DNA from: Phoronis australis
Taxonomy: Eukaryota; Animalia; Phoronida
DNA length: 64,000 nucleotides
Reading direction: 5' to 3'
Assembly: GCA_002633005.1 (NCBI GenBank)
Contig: NMRA01000018.1
Coordinates: 879,531 to 943,530 of the forward strand
In this document: one piece after another, positions 51,432 through 64,000 of the stretch
Layout of the letters: each line of letters opens with the position of its first letter
Numbering within the stretch: the stretch's first letter is position 1
Notes under the pieces: generated by a model
What the model was told of the DNA's origin: nothing
What the model saw: the letters and a program-made list of their open reading frames with translations, nothing else
The model's database searches: none
Position numbers and translations under genes: made by a program

Positions 51432-52952
51432 CACTCGAGGCCTATACGAAGAGTGCACTTAAGGCTTTTTCAGCCAGAACAGTACCGAAGCGGACTTTTG
51501 GGGCAGGTATTTCCACTTTAAAATCGAATTTCAAAAGTTTTGTCGTGTTTTAGTCAAACCCAGACGTGTCATTTGGAAGCTCCAACATTCCTCAACGATT
51601 CAGCGTCGGACACGATTTAACTAAGTTTGATTTTAAATAGTCTGGAAAAAAGAGGGAGCTAAAATCAAAAGCAATGAATTTGGTGCATGCCTTTCTTCGG
51701 TTATTAAAGATTTATAGTAATTTTTAATTCAAAAAGTAATAAAAGCTCAGGCATTGATTGTATTTTATTGTCAATATTCAGTTGTAGATTCGAAAAGTGT
51801 ATTAACAAGATAATTTGAAAGAGAACTTCATTTTGTATGCTTGCTCTCGGTGTCATCGGAAATTTATTAAATACTAAAATGCCAAAGTTGTTCCATTTAC
51901 TGCACTACACAAAAGCACATGAGTAAAACTTGACAGCATTTTAAATTTTCTCGTTGTTGCTTTAAGGTGCATTTTGCCAGCGTACTTTCATAAACGTCAA
52001 AACACAGGAATCGATGTGGGTAAAAAGTTGGCACCTGAAAATTTCAAGTATTAAAGGTCCAAATCGAAAATAGGAGTTTGATCTTTTAGTCCCATAATAT
52101 CGAACACCTTACTCCTTACCGTGATAGGATTCTATTCCCGTGATCAACCCTAAAATTGTGAATTCAAAATGGCGCATGCACGCATTATCTGTGACTTGAG
52201 TAGGAAACGGAAATATATCTTATCACTGTAAGCATAAATGTCTTCCTGCAGGTAGGAAATATTATGAGACAAAAATGTCCGATTCCTAAACAGAAATACA
52301 GCTTTAAGCGAAGGTCGCTTTTCAGTCCACTCAGACTCGATTTGTGTGTAGCACCCGCGGCCTAACTGACTGTGCTTAGGTCAAGCGACTCCATCCTTAA
52401 GTGATACCTCAGTTACGGTCTGATGAAATAACAGTATCTGATGATCACGAATCAGCGAACGTCATTTAATTACATTGCTCTACCGCTTTTGTAATGACGA
52501 AAAGATCGACTTCAATCACAGTCTCGTCCGCAAGCCTCAAGATGGCGCTGATCGATTTAGCCATTCTGAGGCTTGGTGAGGAGAAATTTACTCTGCAGAA
52601 TTCTGACATGTTTTTACGGAAATCGCTGGAATATCGCGAGTGATTATAAGTTATATCACCTTTGTAATTTGCTGTAGTATAATACAAAATATCAAAATGA
52701 GCGGTATTCATGCAGCAATTTAGGTTTAGATCATAGAAAAATTGATTATTTGAATTCAAAAGCGGGATATTTTCTATGGTGCTTTCAATAAAACATAATC
52801 GACAACAAGTAGGCCAACACCTTTTATTTCAAACAATAACGAAAACAGTGTCTTCTGCTTCCGAAGCACAAATGGTACCAACAAGTAGTTATTACAACGC
52901 CTGTGAGAATAGACAAAATCTGCGTTTGGATCTTGTTACGTGTAACGTCTGG

Positions 52953-53099
52953 CATGGGCGGCGCACCATAGGGGGCTGGGGGCGGGGCTATAGCCCCGCC
53001 ACTTTTTTCAGTGCTGCGCCATCCATGGTATATGGGCGATGCAACACAGGGGTGCTGGAGGGCTTTAGCCCCCACTTTTTCATTGCTGCGCCGCCCATG
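52953..53099. repeat. Two tandem ~70-bp mini-MITEs
   Basis: catgggcggcgc...gcgccatccatg followed by tatgggcgatgc...gcgccgcccatg. Confidence 0.55.
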
Positions 53100-54252
53100 G
53101 TTTATGGAAAAAATATTCGAATTTGTCACATCAGAGAATTAAAGACAAGAATTTTCAAGAACTGGTATTGAAGTATTCAGATTCAAGTGCTTGAAGGTTT
53201 CTTGTGTTTCTCTTGTCAGCGGTGAACGTCGTCTACGGCCTATCAGCGTACAGAACGGATATTTCCTCATCAAGACTCAAGTGGCTAAACCGATCAGCAC
53301 CATCTTGAGGCTTGCGGATGTGGCTGCTTTAATCAAAGATATTCTATACGAGATTAGAAACAGAGGTAATCGTGTTATCTCGTTATTACTGCCACCTCAG
53401 TGTTTGTTGGCGATCTTGTAAAAATTGCAAATCGTCATGAAGTCGGCACGTTCACGTCCGAGAAGCTATGCTGAAAAGGAAATAAACAGATTTCATACAA
53501 GTTGTCGTGGAACTTATCGATCCGTAATGCCGTGGGAACGTCAGAGTCCATCAATTTATAGCAATGCACTGAAGATAATGAAGTTTGAGAATGACAAGTG
53601 GACAATCCGAGACGCCTACAGTGCAGGCCGATTATTTGCTTACACTGACGCTGAGATTGATAGACGTGGCAATCGAGCGAGGTATTTTTAATGCAATTTT
53701 ACCGGGATAACGGCAAACGATTAAATTATCAAAAGCTCCATTGATGTTGATTAGTTCACATTACAACAATCTTTGACTTATTTTTTACCCAATGCAAAGA
53801 AAAGCAAACCGAAGCTTGCAATTTTGCAGACACAATCTGTCGTGGAATTGAAAATACGCGCCATTTCTTCCGCATTTTCGGCAGTGTTTAGCTCAAATCT
53901 TGATCTGAAATCAAGCCATAAAGCAAACCAGAAAACAAAACTAAACTCATTTCATAACCATCCCTCATACCTTGCGCCGCTTGACCAATATTTAGAAGTG
54001 GATATGGGCGCAGCATTACATGTACATGTAGCTAAAACAGGCGCGTGGGGCTAAATACACGTGACAGGCAGTACTGCATTAGAACAGAAAACGAATCAGC
54101 CTGATAAAAAACGTAGTGTATAATGCATACTGGCGCCTCACGTACCATTACCCGACTTTCGAAATAGGTCGCGCCGTATTGAAATTCACGCCAAACGGCG
54201 ATCCGGTCTATTTGGTGGATAGGCGTTCAGCGGCATGGCAAATTTAAAACCC

Positions 54253-54540
54253 TTACCCTATTCTTCTAAAGGGTTCTTCCTTCATAAACTGGTGGAAGAG
54301 TCCCAGGATGTTGGAAAACAGCCTAGGATATGTCAAGTCAAACAAGTAGTATGTAGCCAATAGGCAAACAACAGCAGCAAGGAGACCACACTTGTCAACA
54401 TGTGTGTACACTCTGCCGCACACAGGCAATGACGAGGCCTGTGACATTATCTGCATGCATAAACAATACTGTCGTTTGTAATAGCATCGTTTACTTTTGT
54501 TGTTAGATGTTTGCTGATCTCACCATCAGGGATGTCCTGA
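54253..54540 (-). pseudogene. Fragment resembling EnSpm/CACTA-associated accessory protein C-terminus (SAMD3-like)
   Basis: LLAAVVCLLATYYLFDLTYPRLFSNILGLFHQF fits the recalled A..LF..YYVFNL.YP motif. A tttcag acceptor lies at ~54537; frameshifted. Confidence 0.45.
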
Positions 54541-55619
54541 AAACAATTAAAGGGATATGTAGTGTGTTTTCTTTGATTTTGCTCAAAGTTTTGCATTTAG
54601 GTGCAGGTGCTTTAATTCAGGTATAGGCACATGCCTTATCCCAGGAGTATAGGCACATACCTTGCCCCTGACAAGAGCTTCAGCAGTTTCTTGAAAATTA
54701 AGCGATCAGCATTGTGTAAATGACCACTCGAGATTTAACGTTTTATTAAGTTAAAGTTCATAAATGAGTAAACAAGCACAAAATTTTTTTCAAAATATAT
54801 TTTTGTTTATAAGTTCATTCAAATAAAGGCCCACTTCACATTTAGAAGCAATCACCAAAAGGTGTGCACATAGGGTAGGATTAAATAAAAATGACATCTC
54901 TGAACAACACTCAGCCACAATACATTCGTGATACATTGACAATTCACTGGTAAAAAGTTTCTTTGAAGCTCTTAGCAATCACTTATTTTCTGCACAACAA
55001 CAAATCGATTTTGATGATGGGTGTTTCCCACGTGGTGAAATTTGACAAATTTCTCCAGTAAATGAATTGCTGTCTGCGTCCGGAGTGGGTCATCCTGAAA
55101 GTCAATGACATCTATGACAACCAATGAAATGTATAGGAAAGGGGAAAGGCAAACTGACTTTAAAGTCCTTCTCTCAAACTGCCCGTGTGGTTCCAGTATC
55201 CGAAAATACTTACTACATAAAATCTTATTTTCGACACCCTTTTTATATTCTTTTCGCCTTTCTTGCCAAAAGCGATTTTTAACAGTATTTAACCCTTCTC
55301 TGTGAGCGTATAATTACCGGCTGTCATCGGTTATTTCCGTACCAACATTTCCGGCTCATCAGTTCAGGAACTTGTCCTGAACGCCGCCATTTTTTCCTTG
55401 TAACTGAATGTGCTATGGCTTGCTCGAAAAGTCTTCATTATTTTGTTTTATTAGTAATATCTCATGATTCGTTTGCATATGTAGTGTATTTACAGTTTGT
55501 AGTTAGTGGTCGTTGATTTTTTTTTGGAATGTTACGTGTACTTAGTATGTTAAAATAGCATTGGAGTTTAGTTCCTTACCTACGGTAGGCCGGTCGAACC
55601 TAGGAACCAATATGGGTCG

Positions 55620-56280
55620 AACCACTTTTTTTCGGTTTTATTTTTTTCTCGTTTTGAAAAAAGTACTTTGCTATCATCGGAAAGGTTGTACATTCTACTC
55701 AGTAAAAATCGAAAAAGTATCAAAATCGGGGCAAGCAGTGTAAAGTTATTGCAAGTTTTGTGGTGAACTTTAGGTCACTTTGTTTGGATCGCGTCGGCCA
55801 TATTGGAGGACAGCGGGATAAGTTATGAGTTTAAAAGTTTGTGTAAATTGTTTTCGCCAACAAATTACGGTGAAATTTAGTTAGACATATCTTTACTTAG
55901 AATTCTGCACGATTTAACAGTGTTCACCAAATTTCAGCCTCGCAGTTGTTTCTCATTAAGTGATAAATGTGCTCACAATTCCCGTTGGACTTCGTCTCAT
56001 TTTTGGCGTCACCGACAACATGGCGACTTTTGCTGAACTGAAAGGCATGTTCAATCGGCTACTTTGTAATTTGGAAAGATTTAACGTTGATACCTTTTGA
56101 CAAACGTTGCTAAAAAAAGAAACTTTGTTCAATTTTTGTGTTTTTTGTGCAAAAATATAAGAAATATTCGAATTATTTTACTGTAAATTTCCCATTCAGG
56201 TGATCTTACACTAAGCTAAAAAAAATAGTTGAAATAATTTTGAAATGTTTTTTTGTTTGACTGTCAACTGCTGTTCAAGA
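55620..56280 (+). repeat. Diverged dispersed repeat (copy of 48000-48680)
   Basis: Same shared blocks as 48000-48680. Confidence 0.65.
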
Positions 56281-56523
56281 CTTGATTCGGTGTCACAAAA
56301 TGATTCATATTTTTCAAAATTTTAAGTCTCAATTGCTTTCAAGTCATGTTTTGTAACTTATTGCTTCTTAATTCAAGTTATCAAGTCAACAATATGAATA
56401 ATCTTAACTTGAGAAATAAGCTATGTTGGATTGTGAAGCTTCAAGCCTCTAATTTTTGTTCCTTGCACCTTCATATTTTTTTAAATGATGCTTGTCAAAT
56501 TCTGGTGTAAGGAAACACTATTC

Positions 56524-56947
56524 NNNNNNNNNNNNNNNNNNNNNNNNNNNNNNNNNNNNNNNNNNNNNNNNNNNNNNNNNNNNNNNNNNNNNNNNNNNNN
56601 NNNNNNNNNNNNNNNNNNNNNNNNNNNNNNNNNNNNNNNNNNNNNNNNNNNNNNNNNNNNNNNNNNNNNNNNNNNNNNNNNNNNNNNNNNNNNNNNNNNN
56701 NNNNNNNNNNNNNNNNNNNNNNNNNNNNNNNNNNNNNNNNNNNNNNNNNNNNNNNNNNNNNNNNNNNNNNNNNNNNNNNNNNNNNNNNNNNNNNNNNNNN
56801 NNNNNNNNNNNNNNNNNNNNNNNNNNNNNNNNNNNNNNNNNNNNNNNNNNNNNNNNNNNNNNNNNNNNNNNNNNNNNNNNNNNNNNNNNNNNNNNNNNNN
56901 NNNNNNNNNNNNNNNNNNNNNNNNNNNNNNNNNNNNNNNNNNNNNNN
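56524..56947. other. Assembly gap
   Basis: Run of N next to a poly-C tract. Confidence 1.
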
Positions 56948-59940
56948 CCCCCCCCCGTTCTTTTAGGCTTGGTGCGCTCATACACAGTCTGGGCAAATCT
57001 CTATTGAAAGCCAAAGCCAACAACTTTGCACAGTTCGCCAGAAGTACCCAAGTTCTAAATAAACCTCGTTTGAGCGAGCGCTGTGGCCAGCGACCAGTTA
57101 GGCCTAAGGGTAGCCTTGGCGCAAAGCTGTACTACTAGCAAGCTGTATTTTGACGATAGTCTTCACTGGTAGCTGGTGACTGAGGCTAACTAAGGTCTGC
57201 CGCGGCAGTGTGACACAGGACTAACCAGCCCGTAATTTCATGCAAGTGTCTGAAACTACTTGAATATATGCAGCATTTATGATTTGACCATTTTACCTCT
57301 ACAAAACAGCTTACAATCGCATGCATTTACCGTCTAGTCTCGATCCGCACCGGGTCCGATAGGCTGTGGTCCCGAGTATGGCAAAATAATTTCTGTCAAC
57401 ATTTTTTCGCCACATGTCTTCAGCAAATTCGATAAAATTGTCCTTAGTTTGATTTTATTAAAATTAAGGCGCGCTGTGGATTATTTTATCCCTTTTTGGT
57501 GGCTGGTAAAAGTACAGGCACTGCTCCAGTCGCACTGACGGCGTTTTCTCGGCATGGGTTCCTGAATGAATTGTACTTCCGGGTTCGCGGCAAGTTCAAA
57601 ATGGCGGTGGTTCTTCGGGTGCGAATCGTGAGTGGCGCGTTCATTTAAACTTTTTTCGAGTACGGATTGTGTATTAGTTATGGGGTAAGTACTTCTTGGA
57701 TCCTTATAACATCCTCTAACCATGTAATAAGGGTTAACAACGCGTGAGAGAAGGACTTTAAAATTGACATGTTAGTGATTTCATTGTTATATACAGTTCA
57801 AGTTAATGGCGGAAACAGGTTTCAAGTTCTACTTCATTAACGGGATCCAAAAGTATTGAAAGATTAAGCAATTATTTAACATTGGCTGAAACGCTTTCTA
57901 CTATGCCAAAGTCATGGCCAACAAGGCAACATGCAATGTCATGATGTGACAGTGAAATTTGAAAAAATATACACTAAATCAAGACAAATAAAACCACCAT
58001 TTACAATGCTTATCGATAAAATGTAGTCCTAAAAGCATAAACACCAAACCCACTCAGCAAACGGAGATACAGCGGCAAAAAGACTCGAATTGTTGTGAAC
58101 GCGCCTTGGCAGACGATGGAGGGCGAGAAAAGGTTTTGGCGGTAAACGCAAGCGCATGCGTTTTGACGAACGTTGAATGCTGTTGAACGCAGTGTTCTGC
58201 CATGATCAATACCGTCAGAACATACTGTGTTCACAATTCCGGTTATGAGACAACATACTGATATGATTACACCGGGACTGCGTGGTATGTCACAAGTTTT
58301 ACGATTATCCCAGTTCTTTGACACTGCTGTTCTTCGTGTTGATTTTGCAGACTGTATTTTCCACTAGGTTTCCTCTTCTTTGTCATGAGGCACATTTCAA
58401 TACTCGGGGAAAATAAAAGTAAATGTGTGTAAAAATGAGGCTCGGTTGTTCACCATAAAGAGTCGAGTCCCTCTAGCGGCAATATTTATCAGTGTGCGTT
58501 TGTTGCGAGATTTAGCGAGACCACCATTTTACTCTGTTTGCAGCCGGAGCTAAAGAGATATATCAGCGTCGTGTTTTTGTAATATATCAGCGTTAATAAG
58601 AATGCCTGGAAGATGTTGTGTACATGTATGCAACAACGAGATAGGAGGCATTAGTTTCCTAAGGATAAAGACCTCGGGAAAAAGTGGTTCGTCGCCGTCG
58701 TGCGAGTTGAATCGACTTAGGGAACCGCGACCGAACGATGCTGTGACATGTGTGTTATGAACACTTCAGAAGCGAGGACTACCAGCCAGCGGGGAAATTT
58801 GTTGAGCAAATAATAACTGTGGGGTACACTGTTGAAATATTTAATAATGATTCTCCACCTTTGACTGACTGAAAACAGGTAGTGCTTCTGGAAATTTGTA
58901 CATTCCGTGTTAAGCTCATATTGTCGGTGAGCGTTTTTTTTTTGCGGAACGTTTAGACACACTACACAGCCTAGATGCCATTAACTGTTGTCTAAATCTT
59001 TTAAAAATGAACACGGTCGGTGGTTTTATAAATAACACACCCATGTGGCGAGAGAGAAAATAAAGCCTCAAAAATATTGGGAAATAGTTTAGTTAATCAG
59101 TTGATTCTAGAGCCTGGTATAGATTATTAAAAAGGGAAAAAGAAGGAATTGATCAAACATTGGAAATAACTAACTCACGTTGTTTTGGCTACTACAAGTA
59201 TAGATCGGTGGTTTGGGAAGGTGTTGCAGTAGGTCGGCGATGGTCCCATCCTATATTAATATAAGTATCATGACATTATTTCAGTAAACTACCGGCCCTT
59301 GTACAATACGATACAAACTAAAAGTAAAATGGCGCGAGAGTTAAACTATTTAGAAACGGAACACTGTTCTCGTCTTCTTCGAAATGCATAATAAATAAAT
59401 TTTCAGGATACGTCAAACTTCTGTTTGGTTTTCCATTCGCATCGTGTTGATGATTTGTCTACACTTATTGTGTCGCATATCTTTCAGAAAGGCATTTGTC
59501 TTTTGGATCACTGTGAAAGGGCCATTCCAAGCTAAGTAAAACTTTGAAGACTCACTGTTAGGCTGAACACAAAACACAAACAAGACATAGGCCTATAGCC
59601 TCTCACGCCAAGGGTAACCTCAATGTCTCTCTACATGTGAGGGAGTTAATATCTCAGACCTACTTGCTTGTTGAAGGATGGTTTCTCATTGTGATCGTAT
59701 CACGCCTTCTTACCACCCTATTTTATCCCAATCTCCATCAACTACTCTCTCCGAAAACCCATGCTTAAATGGAAAAGGGGAAGGGAAAAGAAAACGTCAT
59801 GGTATTATAATAGAATTGTGAAAGTGCTGACTGCCTGTTTGAGGCTGAATCGGAAAATATTAAGTATATATCGCTTTAAGCAATGGAACGATATATCCGT
59901 TGACGTGCGTTTAATCTTCGGCTGGAACTAAGAGCTCTTC

Positions 59941-60066
59941 GTGAACGAACAAGACCTACTGCGCGCACACGTCGTATTTCTTACTACCAGATGTCCTCGG
60001 TACGCGAAAGCTACTCCTCGTGTACGTTCACTGGCTGATTTCAATTGTATATTGAAGTGAATGCAG
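59941..60066 (+). ncRNA. Degenerate HDV-like ribozyme fold
   Basis: P1 gtgaacg (59941-47)/cgttcac (60025-31); P3 tac/gta around L3 tcctcgt; gg at 60033-34; P4 ttcaat/attgaa; J4/2 gtgaa with T at the catalytic C position. P2 is weak. Confidence 0.45.
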
Positions 60067-60614
60067 GACCAACACGAAGGCCTCTCTACGGGTTGTTTAC
60101 GTCACTTCCTATCCTCCCTGATAGTACAAACACGCCAAAGGAGCAGCAATTAACACGAAAATATATACTTCTATGAAAACCAGGAATCTGCATTCTTACT
60201 AAACGTGTCGTAAATCCACAGTCGGTAAACAGACTCAGTACCACTCGTTTCGAGCTACGGCTCCTAAGTAGCCTCCGTTTCCACTAAAAACAAGCTGGCT
60301 AAAAAATGAAACTTGAATTATGCCTTTCAGTCTCACGAAATCGCTCTCCCAATATTCCTTGATAGAATTCTATTTCCGTTACCAACTCAATTCACAGGTA
60401 AACAATGAAGTGTTTTTGTGAATTGTTGGTGGTTTCTATTTTCTTGCTCGTAACATAAATAGAATCCTGTCACGATAAGGAGTATTATAACACCGATTTT
60501 ATGAAAGTAATAGGCTGATTCCAATTTTTGTCAAATTTGTTTGCCAATCGTTGTGAAAGAAATTTTACTGTAACTTTTATTCTGGAGTTTAAAAGTTTGG
60601 CACGTGGAATTTGG

Positions 60615-62480
60615 CAGTTGAAGAAAGGTGCAGGTGGCCTGATGCCTTTTGCGGTACATCAGGCGTGTTTAGGCCACAAGGCCGGGCCCATTACACTAGT
60701 CATCTGATTATGACTCATGGGGACACGACATCGCCGGATTCCTCATGGGTGAAATCTTCCAATCTGCCTGTTTGTTTAAGAAAGACAGAATGACTATTAA
60801 ACCTATATGAACTAACCATGTTAACCAGGCGGGTTATGTGTCCATCAAGTAGTAGATTACGGTGTCTATTGTGGGCAGGGCAAATCTCTACCAGATGTTG
60901 AGGAGTCTCGGCCTCCAAGCCACAGTTGGGACACAATGAACATGCCATAGGGTACCAAGCTAGGTTGCAGTGTCCAGTAATAACCTGGATCAGCTGCCTT
61001 TTTACATGTAGCAAGCCTATCTAAACATAACAGTTTCTTTGAACCTTTTGGTTCAATAGGACTTGGAAAAAGTTGTTTGGTTTGTCTGCAGGTAAAGAGC
61101 TTTCTCCATGCATCCACGGACAGTTTACACACACAGTGTCTTACTTTTGCTCTACAGCACCTATAGGCAACTGGTATGCAAGGTTCTGGTACAAAACAGG
61201 GTGCACTTGCTCCTTCGTTTGCAAGTTTGTCAGTAGCTTCGTTACCGTCAATGCCAACATGGGCTTTAACCCAGTTCACATAAACAGTTCTACTAGCTGA
61301 TAGGTGGTTAAGCTCGTTTACACAGGCCAGGATACAGTGGGAGTTGATCATGGAATTAGTTAGAGATTTAATACCTGCTTGGCTCTCTGAGAGTTCCCTG
61401 ATTCCAATGACTGCTTTATGCTCCCTTGCCGGTTGGGCAGCTTGGTGAATGGCGACAATTTCAGCCTGAAAGACTGTAACTGTGTTACCCAATGAGATCC
61501 AGCTTTCTTTGTCGTCACCTGCAAGGTCTGGAAGGTAAATTCCCGTTCCTGACTGTCCGTTGTCAAGTTTAGAGCCATCAGTGTAACAAACGGACTGTTG
61601 GTCATTGTAATCAGTGATTTCGTGACCATCTCCAATTTCTGTATAGAAATTGTGTCTCTGATTTAGAGTCGTTAATAAAACATCACTTGACATTGCCAAA
61701 AGTGTTCCAGTTTCTGACATTAACCTGTTGCATACATTAACATGGCTCTTATGAGCAACAGTGTCAGTGATTCGCACATTACTCCACTGCCCATTGCATC
61801 CCATACGGTAAGCTGCAAGCACAGCTTCACCGCTGAGGTAAATATGCAGGGGTGGCAAACCAATAAGCATTTCTATTGCAGTTGTAGGTGTCCCTGGAAA
61901 AGCAGAAGTAACACAAAAGCAAGCTAAACGCTGTATTTGTGTCAGTTTAGTTCTAACAGTGCTCTGTTCAAGAGATGTCATCCATAGTGATGCCGCGTAA
62001 GCTAACAACGGTCATATAACACCAATGTAGACCCAGAGAAAATTCTTGGGAGAGACTCCCTACGTTTTACCCACTACTCGGCAGCACCTTAGCAGAGCCG
62101 ACTTGGCCTTGGTTATCTTGTCCATCACGTGAGGTGTCCAAGAAAGACGATGGTGGAGAGTAACACCTAGGTATGTGACTTTTTCTTGGATTGGGGGTTC
62201 AGTACCACAGAGCTTTAATGGTTTTACATTCCACTTCCGCTTCCAGGTGAACATCACCACTTTTGTTTTACTCCTATTGATCTCCAAGCCAACTGTCTCA
62301 GTCCATCGAATAGCAATATTAAGTGTCTTTTGGACATTACTGCGGCATGTCAAGTATCAGCACTTGGCACACAGAAGACAATGTCATCACCATAGGCTTG
62401 TACAACTAGACCTTTCCCAATGTTCGCCAACAGCGCCTTAACAGGCAGTCCATGACCATATTGAAGAGAGCAAGTGAAAC
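60615..62480 (-). mobile_element. 5'-truncated LINE with RT, RNase H and CCHC (I-group; Loa/Outcast-like)
   Basis: QAYGDDIV (RT), GLEINRSKTKVVMF, VTYLGVTL...LSWTPH; RNase H CYTDGSK, TVFQAEI, WVKAHVGIDGNEATDKLA; ITGHC...CPNCGLEAETPQHLVEICPA. Frameshifted. Confidence 0.9.
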
Positions 62481-62590
62481 GGTGCTACCTCGTTAGATAC
62501 TACCTGACATCCACAGTCCGGTAACATTCCTTTTACCTCCGCCCATTTGATTGATTTATCAGGACCGTGGAGGACATACCTATACATTAT

Positions 62591-62643
62591 TGGGAAGGTG
62601 TTTCGGGGGCAAACTCTGGGAAGGTGTTTCGGGGGGCAAACTC
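62591..62643 (+). repeat. 26-bp tandem duplication
   Basis: tgggaaggtgtttcgggggcaaactc twice. Confidence 0.9.
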
Positions 62644-62721
62644 CGCGAAGGCAGTAACCCAGGAACGTGGCTACCCGTACTCCAATAAGTTTTCGCGAAA
62701 TACGTGTATTTCTACTTTTTA

Positions 62722-63780
62722 GACCTCACGAACACGGTACCCGGTTTGTGGACGATACGTTTGTTGTGTTTTCGTCCAAAAGCTCAGTCAACACCTTTTC
62801 ACAAGAACAATATGCATCCGTCCATCAACTTCACCATTGAATCTGAGCGCGAGTCGTGTTTACCTTTTCTAGATTTCTTTGTTAAACGATGTTACATCTG
62901 TGTATCTTAAATTTGATAGTTCTGTGTCTATCCAGAGCAAGAGAGGTCTAGTCAATTGCTTGTTATACCGTGCCTGGAGAATCTGCTCCACCAATTTAAA
63001 TTTTGATAGTGACGTCGCTATGATTTTCCAGTTATTGCGTGCCAATAGTTACCCTCTGAATTTTTTGAATAGCTGTAAAAGGCACTTTCTTTCAAAAATG
63101 AATGAGGCAGATAAGGTGCTGTTATTGGACAAGAGAAAAAGAAAGTTTTCTTTTCTCTTGGTTACACCGGGCCAAGTAGTTTAAAATTGAAACGTCATAT
63201 TATCTCGACTTATTCATTGCATAGACCCAGCAGTTGAACTGGTATTTGTTTTCAAACTGCTTCGGAAACTTTCCAATATGCTGTGTAAACTGAAGTTGAA
63301 CAAGAGCAATGTTGTGTATAAGGTTGAATGTGACAACTGTAAGGATTTCTATATAGGACTCACACAGAGACGCCTCTGTGACAGGTTGAAAGAACATCAC
63401 ACCTCAGAGAAAAGTAACATATATAAGTATTGTATTGGCTACAATCACCAAGCCAACTCTGTTAGTATTATCTGAAGAGAACCTAATAAGGAGTTACTGT
63501 ACATTAAAGAGTCATTGACCATTCAGAACCAGCATGCCATTGATTCTCTGAATAACATGCAAAGCTCAGTGACCCTGCAACTATGGTGATGACCAGCTAC
63601 TCACTATATTCTATGTATCTCTCACTTCACTCTGTGGATGTTATCTGAGCTGTATGTTGGCACTTGTTGTCCTAAATTGTTGTAAATATGATCCTGATGA
63701 TGTCTAATGAAAAGACAAAACGTTGAATTGAACATGAACTTTTTTATTTGTGCGGCGATCGTCTGGTTTTTCATAAATAA
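62722..63780 (+). mobile_element. 5'-truncated Penelope-like element (RT C-terminus plus GIY-YIG endonuclease plus 3' pLTR)
   Basis: RFVDDTFVVF, NNMHPSINFTIESE...LPFLD, KRGLVNCLLYRAWRICS, NSYP, KSNVVYKVECDNCKDFYIGLTQRRLCDRLKEH, LLYIKESLTI...SLN; stop at ~63589. Confidence 0.92.
63691..63727 (+). ncRNA. Minimal hammerhead ribozyme in Penelope pLTR (GAAA box mutated to AAAA)
   Basis: ctgatga (63694-63700)-t-gtct-aatgaaa-agac-aaaa-cgtt-ga. Confidence 0.6.
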
Positions 63781-64000
63781 AGTTTTGGATATTTTTAATT
63801 TCAAGGCCTCAATTAAGCGTTGGATTAAAGCCTTTTTATAATTGTCCGGTGTCATACATTGTTCAAAACGGTTTTCTGTCCAGAAGTGTTACTCTGCACA
63901 GGGGCTGTAGACAAGGTGATCCTCTTTATCCATATGTTTTCATTTTATGTGCTGAAATATTAGCTATGATGACGAAACAAGGTAGGGAAATTAAATGCAT

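Noticed and set aside
52419-52465. Two ctgatga boxes followed by gaacgtc
   Set aside because: No proper stem II-GAAA arrangement.
56481-57138. Long ORFs in the ORF track (also 6201-6467)
   Set aside because: Artefacts of translating through N gaps.

Overview
This is an AT-rich eukaryotic (most likely invertebrate animal) genomic window made mostly of decayed transposable elements, with two assembly gaps. The only intact host gene I can support is an intronless class A (rhodopsin-like) GPCR at 38711-39718 (-). Retroelement relics are an RLE-type (HERO/NeSL-like) LINE, a near full-length L1/Tx1-like LINE interrupted by a Helitron and a MITE, an RT+RNase H LINE, two Penelope-like fragments with hammerhead ribozyme motifs, and a Gypsy-type LTR with its PBS. 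DNA transposon relics are hAT (KIAA1586/ZNF862-like), Kolobok (KolX/P2X7-ballast-like), Academ-like, P/THAP, Harbinger and pogo/Tc1-like MITEs, and a Helentron-like element. The most unusual signals are: (i) a TTAA-specific non-autonomous DNA transposon that appears to carry a captured LTR, present in two copies, with a tRNA-Ser PBS in the complete copy; (ii) a degenerate HDV-like ribozyme fold plus hammerhead motifs; (iii) a ~146-bp tandem array in which nearly every monomer carries a CTCF-like motif; (iv) a group of CAG/CAT-ended elements with 5-bp target duplications. All calls were made by eye, many boundaries are approximate, and I cannot confirm a wholly new biological system.
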